Positions 1 through 7,988 of a stretch of 15,993 bases of DNA are shown here, piece by piece (the stretch's first letter is position 1; every line of letters starts with the position of its first letter). The stretch covers positions 1 to 15,993 of the forward strand of contig JAICTV010000121.1 of NCBI GenBank assembly GCA_025936175.1, in the 5' to 3' direction. A model generated the notes under the pieces. The model did not search any database and was not told the DNA's origin. It saw only the letters and a program-made list of their open reading frames with translations. Origin of the DNA: Phycisphaerae bacterium. GTDB taxonomy: Bacteria > Planctomycetota > Phycisphaerae > Tepidisphaerales > Tepidisphaeraceae. Made by a program: the position numbers and the translations under genes.

Positions 1-2327
<2,327 letters not shown>

Positions 2328-2524
2328 GGTGCTCTGAAAAGTGCGGAGGTTGTTCGGACGAAGACAGACGTGTGATCTTATGCGCGGGAAGTTGCGGTTC
2401 AAGGAACGGAAATTGTGCCGCACGTACGGAATCTCATTCCGAGGTACTCCGAGGAATCTCGCAAGCCGGTGGTGTCCGAGATCCCTCGGAGCACCTCGGG
2501 ATGACATCGCTCAGTCCCGACCCC

Positions 2525-3373
2525 TCAATTGAACCGCAGCGTGAGGACCCACGCACGCCAGTCTTTCTCGAATTGCTCGAACGATTGCGGTGCGGTGATC
2601 TGCTCGAGGTGTTTCAAACCCGTCGAATCGTCGTCGTGATCGTCGCGAAAACGGCGGTAGAAGTCGCGCAGCTTGCGCTTCTCCTGAAGGTACATCAGGA
2701 GATATCGCGCCTGCGCATAATTCATGCCGGTGCGCTCGGCGTTGTAGAAGTCATCGTCCGCGATCATCTCCGACAGCGGGCGCAGCTTGTTCTGACGGAT
2801 CGCGCGCTGCAATGCCGGCAGCCGCCAGTTCTCCAGCCCGCGGATGTCGTTGTCGACGAGCGTGCATTGTTCGAACAGGCTTCCCAGACCTTCGTTGAGC
2901 CAGCTCGGGGCGTCGGCAAAATCCGGCTTGATCAGCGCGTGCACCAGCTCGTGCACGAGCGTGCCGGTGCCGGTCGAGACGTTCATCAGCATGACGTTGT
3001 CGCGCTGGCGGAAGTAGCCGTAGCGCGAGACGTCCTCGTCGCCGAACCATTTCTTCGCCGCGTGGCGATACGGTTCGTCCGATTCGAACAGGAGTATCAG
3101 GATCGGCTCGGTTGGTTGGCGATCGAAGAACTTTCGATGCAGCGCATCGACCGCCGCGAGGATCGTGTTGTGGAGATAGCGATTGACGCGTTCCGCCCCG
3201 CCGTCGCCCGCGACGACGAACGGCGGCGAGACGATCGCCGTCATGTGCGCGGCGTCGAGTCGATCGCGCCACTTGTCGAGCAGCGAGCGGCACTTCTCAT
3301 CCAATGATGGCCGCGACGCGGGAGTCGCGCCGAGACAAACCAGCGCGCAGACGATCGCCGGCAGCGTTCGCAT
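2525..3373 (-). CDS. Secreted putative zinc metallopeptidase-like protein (HExxH ... NEG motif; DUF1570-like)
   Basis: 282-aa ORF with an N-terminal signal peptide (MRTLPAIVCALVCLGATPAS). It carries the motifs LVHELVHAL and WLNEGLGSLFE, an HExxH plus downstream Glu arrangement like the DUF1570 family. The frame has high GC3, whereas the overlapping + strand ORF 2372..3307 is Arg-rich with an antisense-like composition. The family assignment is from memory of the motif, not from a search. Confidence 0.7.
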   Translation of the reverse strand: MRTLPAIVCALVCLGATPASRPSLDEKCRSLLDKWRDRLDAAHMTAIVSPPFVVAGDGGAERVNRYLHNTILAAVDALHRKFFDRQPTEPILILLFESDEPYRHAAKKWFGDEDVSRYGYFRQRDNVMLMNVSTGTGTLVHELVHALIKPDFADAPSWLNEGLGSLFEQCTLVDNDIRGLENWRLPALQRAIRQNKLRPLSEMIADDDFYNAERTGMNYAQARYLLMYLQEKRKLRDFYRRFRDDHDDDSTGLKHLEQITAPQSFEQFEKDWRAWVLTLRFN

Positions 3374-3405
3374 ACCTCAGTAGACGCGCGACGGAGACGA
3401 AAGTT

Positions 3406-3807
3406 TTAATCCCAGCGGAAAACGCCCTTGCCCCACGCGTACGCGTACGCGACCAGCAGCAGCGCAACGAAGATCAAGAGGCTGATAAGCAGCGCCGCCC
3501 CCTGCTGCGGCGTGCCGGTACGGACGACCGGCGCGAAGATCGTCGCCCAGGGGTAGAAGAAGATGATGTCCACGTCGATGACCAGGAAGATCATCGCGAC
3601 GATGTAGAAGCGGACGTTGAACCGCCGGCGGGTGTCGCCGACGGGGACCATGCCGCTCTCGTAGGTCGCCGCCTTGCCCGGCCCGGTGCGGCTGGGGCCG
3701 ATGATCAGCGATGCGACGATGTTGCTGACGACGAAACCTACGCCGATGATGATCAACAGCACGACCGGCAGCCAGTTGGACGGGGCATCTTCCATGTCGG
3801 GCGGCAT
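3406..3807 (-). CDS. nuoA: NADH-quinone oxidoreductase subunit A
   Basis: Translation reads MPPDMEDAPSNWLPVVLLIIIGVGFVVSNIVASLIIGPSRTGPGKAATYESGMVPVGDTRRRFNVRFYIVAMIFLVIDVDIIFFYPWATIF...LIFVALLLVAYAYAWGKGVFRWD, a canonical NuoA/ND3 with three TM helices and the conserved ESG and FD(V/I)E motifs. The track ORF starts at 3882, but the upstream 25 codons run through the heptamer repeat. ATG at 3807 (or the second ATG at 3795, MEDAPS...) gives a normal ~130-aa NuoA. Confidence 0.85.
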   Translation of the reverse strand: MPPDMEDAPSNWLPVVLLIIIGVGFVVSNIVASLIIGPSRTGPGKAATYESGMVPVGDTRRRFNVRFYIVAMIFLVIDVDIIFFYPWATIFAPVVRTGTPQQGAALLISLLIFVALLLVAYAYAWGKGVFRWD

Positions 3808-3811
3808 AGTA

Positions 3812-3906
3812 GATTTGCGATTTGCGATTTGCAATTTGCGATTTGATGCAGATTGGACGATTGAGTCCGTTTGCAATCGCAAATCGCAAATCTAAAATCG
3901 GAAATC
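3812..3906. repeat. ~95-bp imperfect palindrome made of heptamer repeats. Five direct GATTTGC-type units (3812-3846), a 26-bp spacer (itself containing GATTG x2), then five inverted GCAAATC-type units (3873-3906).
   Basis: Read directly: GATTTGC GATTTGC GATTTGC AATTTGC GATTTGA tgcagattggacgattgagtccgttt GCAATC GCAAATC GCAAATC TAAAATC GGAAATC GCAC. It fills the whole gap between the nuoA start (3807, minus) and the nuoB start (3911, plus). Confidence 0.8.
3871..3898 (+). promoter_or_regulatory. Putative sigma70-like promoter for nuoB embedded in the right repeat arm (TTGCAA -16 nt- TAAAAT), implying a very short leader. A mirrored TTGCAA(3829-3834) -17 nt- TACTAT(3811-3806) exists on the minus strand for nuoA.
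   Basis: Hexamers are read from the sequence. -35 TTGCAA at 3871-3876 matches TTGACA at 5/6. -10 TAAAAT at 3893-3898 matches TATAAT at 5/6. The spacer is 16 nt. The predicted TSS at ~3905 is 6 nt before the nuoB ATG. This is a pattern match only, and this clade's promoter consensus is unknown. Confidence 0.3.
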
Positions 3907-3910
3907 GCAC

Positions 3911-4480
3911 ATGATCGACACCCAACAGCTTCCCGACAACGTCCTGACCACGCAGCTCAAGAAGGTCGTCAACTGGGCGCGGCGCAGCTCGCTCTGGCCG
4001 ATGCCCTTCGCTACCGCGTGCTGCGGCATCGAGCTGATGGCCACCGGCGCATCGCGCTACGACATCGCCCGCTTCGGCGCCGAGGCGATGCGCTTTTCAC
4101 CGCGGCAGGCGGATCTGATGATCGTCGCCGGGCGCGTCACCATCAAAATGATGCCGGTCCTCCAGCACATCTACCAGCAGATGACCGAGCCGAAGTGGGT
4201 CATCTCGATGGGCGCGTGCGCCAGCACGGGCGGGGTGTTCGACGCGTACGCGACGATCCAGGGGATCGATCAGTTCATGCCGGTGGACGTCTACATCCCC
4301 GGCTGCCCGCCGCGACCCGAGACGCTGCTCGAAGGCGTGATGGCGATTCAGAAAATCGTCGATGAGGACGGCCTGCCTCCCGCGGGCAAGCGGCGCCCGC
4401 TGCAGATCGCAATCGAGCCGAGCTACGTCCCCTCGCCGCAGCCCGTCGTGCCGATCACCCTGGGTGGGCGCGGAATGTAA
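3911..4480 (+). CDS. nuoB: NADH-quinone oxidoreductase subunit B (20-kDa Fe-S subunit) with a ~40-aa Pro-rich C-terminal tail
   Basis: Contains [18 protein letters not shown] ... [11 protein letters not shown] ... IPGCPPRPE, which are the NuoB/PSST cysteine motifs for cluster N2. TAA at 4478-4480. Confidence 0.9.
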   Translation: MIDTQQLPDNVLTTQLKKVVNWARRSSLWPMPFATACCGIELMATGASRYDIARFGAEAMRFSPRQADLMIVAGRVTIKMMPVLQHIYQQMTEPKWVISMGACASTGGVFDAYATIQGIDQFMPVDVYIPGCPPRPETLLEGVMAIQKIVDEDGLPPAGKRRPLQIAIEPSYVPSPQPVVPITLGGRGM

Positions 4481-4542
4481 TGCAGCATCCCAGCTAAGCC
4501 GAGCCCTCCCGTTTTTCCCGCGCCACCGGATCTCACCCCTCC

Positions 4543-5253
4543 ATGCCCATCCTCCAAGGCGCGATCGAACGCAAGCTCTCCGCCCTCCTCGGGGCGCTCG
4601 TCACCTTCGACAAACTGAACCTGTCGCCGTTCAAGGGCGCGATCGAAGTTCTGGGCGTGCGCGTGGGCGACGTCGCCACCGTCGCGCGCGTACACGTCGA
4701 GGTCGCGATCGGCCGCGCGCTCAAGGGCGAGTTTGTCGTCAAGTCACTGACAATCGAGCGACCGACGGTGAATCTCGTCCGGCGTGCGGACGGATCGTTG
4801 AACCTTCCCAAGCCCAAGTCCAAACCTCCGGCCGCGGCGCCCGCCCCGGCGGAAGCGGAAGAAGAATCCGGCAAGTGGACGTTCGACGCGGAGAAGGTGT
4901 TGCTCGTCGACGGCCAGGTCAACATCATCGCCGGCACGTATCGAGCGTCGGTCGAGAGGCTACTGGTGGAGCTCAAACGATCCGGCGGCGCATACAACGT
5001 CACGCTTCTCGCCCATTCGATCGGCCGGCGCGACGAGCCGGCGGAACTGGGCGAACTTCGCGGCAACGGCGTCATCACCAACGCCGCCGACCTCTCCGCC
5101 CTCTCCCGCGCCGCTGCCGACCTCACGCTGCAACTGGGCGATCTGCTGAAGATGAAGCTCCGCACCGCCGAGATCGGCAGCCTGGTGTTCGACGCCGCGC
5201 TCGACGGGCACATAGACGTTGCGCGCGTCAAGAAGCTGCTCCCGCCCTCGTAG
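4543..5253 (+). CDS. Hypothetical protein with an AsmA-like repeat motif (no N-terminal TM)
   Basis: 236-aa ORF with high GC3 and normal Lys/Glu content, unlike the overlapping Arg-rich ORFs 4362..5438(+) and 4533..5528(-). The segment IEVLGVRVGDVATVARVHVEVAIGRALKGEFVVKSLTIERPTVNLVRRADGSLNL resembles the repeated beta-rich motif of AsmA/TamB-family proteins (...L.L.RP.i.L.R..DG..N). This is judged from memory only. Confidence 0.55.
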   Translation: MPILQGAIERKLSALLGALVTFDKLNLSPFKGAIEVLGVRVGDVATVARVHVEVAIGRALKGEFVVKSLTIERPTVNLVRRADGSLNLPKPKSKPPAAAPAPAEAEEESGKWTFDAEKVLLVDGQVNIIAGTYRASVERLLVELKRSGGAYNVTLLAHSIGRRDEPAELGELRGNGVITNAADLSALSRAAADLTLQLGDLLKMKLRTAEIGSLVFDAALDGHIDVARVKKLLPPS

Positions 5254-5280
5254 GGGCGACGCCTGCGTCGCCCTCTTTTG
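5253..5280 (+). terminator. Putative rho-independent terminator directly after the 4543..5253 stop: GC-rich 8-9 bp hairpin (GGGCGACG cctg CGTCGCCC) followed by TCTTTTG
   Basis: Stem pairs 5254-5261 with 5266-5273, loop 5262-5265, T-tract 5274-5279. A reverse-complementary copy of the stem at 5292-5311 allows an alternative long hairpin (see findings). Confidence 0.5.
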
Positions 5281-5353
5281 GGCGCGGCGGTGGCGACGCA
5301 GGCGTCGCCCCTACTTGTCCCACTTGCGCGCCGGCCGTACGTTTTTGTTCGCG

Positions 5354-6301
5354 ATGTCCACCCCCGAAGCGGTCCTGGTCGCCGAGCAGTTGCGCGTCCG
5401 CTTCGGCGGATTCGATGCCGTACACGATGTCTCGCTGACGCTGCGCGGCGGAGATCTGCTCGGACTGATCGGGCCCAACGGCGCCGGCAAGACGACGCTG
5501 CTCCGCGCACTCTGCGGCATCCAGCCACTCACGCGCGGCGTGGTGAATGTCCTCGGCGAGCCACTCGTCCCGGGCGCATCACACCTGATCCGCCACCTCG
5601 GCTTCACTCCCGACACGCCGGCAGTTTACGAAGAGCTCACCGTGCGCGATTTCCTCCGCTTCATCGCCAAGGGCTACGAGCACGCCGGGCCGGAAGTCGA
5701 TGAGCGCATCAATTTCTGGCTCGAGAAAGTATGGCTGCTTGAAAAAGCCGGGATGAAGATCAAGACCCTGTCGCGCGGGATGCGGCAGCGCATCGGCATC
5801 GCGCGCACGCTGCTGCCAAATCCGTCGATCGTGCTGCTGGACGAGCCCACCGCCGGCCTCGACCCCGCCGGCCGGGTCCAGTTCCGCCAACTGCTCGTGA
5901 CCTTGCGCGAACAGGGCAAAGGACTGATCGTGTCATCGCACAACCTGCTCGACATGGGCGAGTACTGCTCGCACATCGCCATCATGTCCAAGGGACAGAT
6001 CGTGCGTTACGGCACGGTCAACGAGATCGCCACCGGCGGCGACGCGAGCCGCTGCCGGTACACCATCACTCTCGCGCATCCCGTCACGCGCGTCGAGCAG
6101 ATGCTCGAATCGATCGACGACGTCGGCGACGTCGAGATCGACGGCGAGCGGATCACGATCGAGTTCATCAACGATAAGGACGCGGCGGCCGCCCTGCTGC
6201 TCAAGCTCATCGAAATGAAGCTCCCGGTCGCGTCGTTCGCGCCCAACGCGCCGGGATTGGAAGAAGCGTACTTAAGGACGGAAGTGGCGCAGGTGGATTA
6301 A
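5354..6301 (+). CDS. ABC transporter ATP-binding protein (ABC-2/CcmA-like family) with ~100-aa C-terminal accessory domain
   Basis: Walker A GPNGAGKTT, signature LSRGMRQR, Walker B IVLLDEPTAGLD, and an H-loop (SSHNL). The track ORF begins at 5219, but its first 45 codons read through the upstream terminator hairpins. ATG at 5354 (MSTPEAVLVAEQLRVRFGG...) is the biologically sensible start. TAA at 6299-6301. Confidence 0.9.
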   Translation: MSTPEAVLVAEQLRVRFGGFDAVHDVSLTLRGGDLLGLIGPNGAGKTTLLRALCGIQPLTRGVVNVLGEPLVPGASHLIRHLGFTPDTPAVYEELTVRDFLRFIAKGYEHAGPEVDERINFWLEKVWLLEKAGMKIKTLSRGMRQRIGIARTLLPNPSIVLLDEPTAGLDPAGRVQFRQLLVTLREQGKGLIVSSHNLLDMGEYCSHIAIMSKGQIVRYGTVNEIATGGDASRCRYTITLAHPVTRVEQMLESIDDVGDVEIDGERITIEFINDKDAAAALLLKLIEMKLPVASFAPNAPGLEEAYLRTEVAQVD

Positions 6302-6335
6302 GAGATTTGCGATTTGCAAATCGCAAATTGCAAAT
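6302..6335. repeat. Second copy of the GATTTGC-heptamer palindrome: GAGATTTGC GATTTGC AAATCGC AAATTGC AAAT, with a perfect 24-bp palindrome at 6305-6328
   Basis: Read directly. It sits in the 37-bp gap between the ABC ATPase stop (6301) and the permease ATG (6339). It is built from the same unit as 3812..3906. Confidence 0.8.
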
Positions 6336-6338
6336 ACC

Positions 6339-7778
6339 ATGGCCTTGCTCGGCCCCAACAACGCGATCGCCTGGGCGCAGTTTCGACTGAGAGGCGGCTG
6401 GAAGAAGTCGCTCGGCTTCAGCGCCGGTGTGTTCGCGCTGCTGGCGATGTTCGTCATCGGCGCGGCGAAGTACGACCCGACGCAGACGACGCGCAATCTC
6501 TTCGGCTGGTGCACCGGGCTGCTCGGACTTGCGGGCGCGGCCGTCGTGCTGATGGCGCCGGGGCGGATCGCGGCCGCCATTCGCGCCGACATCAAGAGCG
6601 GCTTGATCGAATCGCACCGCCTGATGCCGACGACGCCGATCGACGCCGTCGCCGGCTACGTCGTCGGCGCCGCGATCGGTCCGTTGATCTTCTTTGCAGG
6701 CATCTACGTGCTGGGACTGTTCTGCGCTTCCGGCGCGGGCGTTCCACTGGCGCAATGGACCTTCGCCAGCCTCGTGCTGCTCGCGTTCTCGACCTTCATC
6801 TGGGTCCTCGCCGCCTACGTCTCGTTCGCGTCGAAGGCCGGGCCCGGCCTGCTGATCATCCCGCTGTTCGCGATGCCATACGCGTCGGCCGGTGGACTCT
6901 TTTCGCTGCTGCCGGGGATGACGGTGCTCATCAGTCCGATGGCCGGCGGCACCATCTTTGACCTGCGCACCGCCGCGACGATGGCGCTCCCGCCGACCTA
7001 TGCGATGGCGTTCGCGATGCAGGCCCTGGTCGGCGGCATCCTCTTCTTCGCCGCCGCGCGACGCTATCGCACCGCCGACGCCATCGGGCTCGATTGGGCG
7101 CTGGGGCTGATGTTGGTGATTGCGTGGACGTTGCTGTCGGCGATCGGCCTGCGCGAGTGGGACATTTATGAGCCGCGCGGCTGGGGCGTCGGCGGGAAGA
7201 TCGAGCTTTCCGGACGCCTCATCGCCACGATGGTGACCGGCATGATCCTCGCGCTCGCGCCGCTGTCGGCCTCCGCGCTGGCGATGCAACATTGGCGGCG
7301 GCACAAACGCCTGCGCGATCCGTCGCCGATGCGCAGGCCTCTGTTCCCGGGCCTCGTGTTGCTCGCGGTGACGATTGCGATCCTGCTCGTCGTCTACGCA
7401 CCGCCGGATGTTCCCAAGCCCGCGCTCGGCGACGTCGCGCTCAGCGCCATCACCATCGCGATCTCGCTCGCAGCGATCTACTTCCTCTGTGCGTGGCTCT
7501 ACCTCGGCACGCAAAACGCGGCGATCCCGATCATCATCTGGATCATCGTCTTCTGGCTCGTGCCCGTCTTCGTGGACCTGATCCGCTTCGCGCTGGCCGA
7601 CTACGGCGAAGCCGATCCGATCGGCGGCATCTCCGCGTGCAGCCCGATCGGCGCGCTCATCGTCATCTGGACGCATCGCAGCGCGCCGATCATCGCCGGA
7701 ATCGTGATGCAATTGCTCATCATGACGATCCCGCTGGCGCTGCGGATGATCCTGCGCCCCCGGCGAGCTACCCACTAG
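6339..7778 (+). CDS. Polytopic membrane protein, probable fused/duplicated ABC-2 family permease (~12 TM) partner of the upstream ATPase
   Basis: 479 aa, strongly hydrophobic throughout. The N-terminal half has the ABC-2 permease-like segment IKSGLIESHRLMPTTPIDAVAGYVVG (the E...L...P motif). It is 38 bp downstream of the ATPase gene on the same strand, so co-transcription is likely. The opposite-strand 525-aa ORF 6207..7784 is an Arg/Asp-rich shadow. Confidence 0.75.
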   Translation: MALLGPNNAIAWAQFRLRGGWKKSLGFSAGVFALLAMFVIGAAKYDPTQTTRNLFGWCTGLLGLAGAAVVLMAPGRIAAAIRADIKSGLIESHRLMPTTPIDAVAGYVVGAAIGPLIFFAGIYVLGLFCASGAGVPLAQWTFASLVLLAFSTFIWVLAAYVSFASKAGPGLLIIPLFAMPYASAGGLFSLLPGMTVLISPMAGGTIFDLRTAATMALPPTYAMAFAMQALVGGILFFAAARRYRTADAIGLDWALGLMLVIAWTLLSAIGLREWDIYEPRGWGVGGKIELSGRLIATMVTGMILALAPLSASALAMQHWRRHKRLRDPSPMRRPLFPGLVLLAVTIAILLVVYAPPDVPKPALGDVALSAITIAISLAAIYFLCAWLYLGTQNAAIPIIIWIIVFWLVPVFVDLIRFALADYGEADPIGGISACSPIGALIVIWTHRSAPIIAGIVMQLLIMTIPLALRMILRPRRATH

Positions 7779-7846
7779 CCGCACACACCAGCCGACGTCG
7801 CCGAACTGTCATCACCGCGCCGGCGTTGGCGATGGTGTTGTTTCTT

Positions 7847-7852
7847 ATAAAC
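7847..7852 (+). promoter_or_regulatory. Candidate -10 element (TATAAA, preceded by TTGGCG 15 nt upstream) in the 207-bp region upstream of the flotillin gene. This is a weak prediction.
   Basis: Visual hexamer match only. An alternative is TATGAT at 7951-7956. There is no experimental support. Confidence 0.15.
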
Positions 7853-7988
7853 CATCACCATTCCCCTACTCATTCGTAACTGGCCTCACATCCGCCCTTT
7901 GCGCGCGATACGCCGCCGCGCGTCCTCACTGCATTCGCAACACGTCAGCGATATGATTTTCACAACTTCAAAAGGCGGAGGTTCGACT

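Noticed and set aside
2328-2524. Short inverted repeats (CCGAG...CTCGG) in the acnA 5' region
   Set aside because: Stems are only 5 bp with mismatches. There is no convincing terminator or riboswitch-like structure.
2372-3307. 311-aa + strand ORF overlapping the HExxH gene
   Set aside because: Arg-rich with no motifs. The opposite strand encodes a signal peptide plus HExxH protein with proper codon bias.
3808-3910. CRISPR array?
   Set aside because: Units are 7 bp with no unique spacers of 25-40 bp, and half the units are inverted. It is not a CRISPR architecture. It is classified instead as a heptamer palindrome.
5219-5353. Track start 5219 for the ABC ATPase
   Set aside because: The N-terminal 45 codons read through the terminator hairpins and are Arg/Trp-rich. 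ATG 5354 gives a normal ABC N-terminus ~30 aa before Walker A.
4362-5528. 358-aa (+) and 331-aa (-) Arg/Ser-rich ORFs overlapping the AsmA-like gene
   Set aside because: Extreme Arg/Ser/Ala content, and the frames have low GC3 relative to the 4543..5253 frame. They are antisense or out-of-frame shadows.
6207-7784. 525-aa minus-strand ORF
   Set aside because: Arg/Asp/His-rich mirror of the highly hydrophobic + strand permease. Not coding.
7899-7988. Upstream in-frame ATG (7899) as the flotillin start
   Set aside because: A strong SD (AAGGCGGAGG) sits immediately before ATG 7989. The extra 30 residues are Arg-rich and precede the SD.
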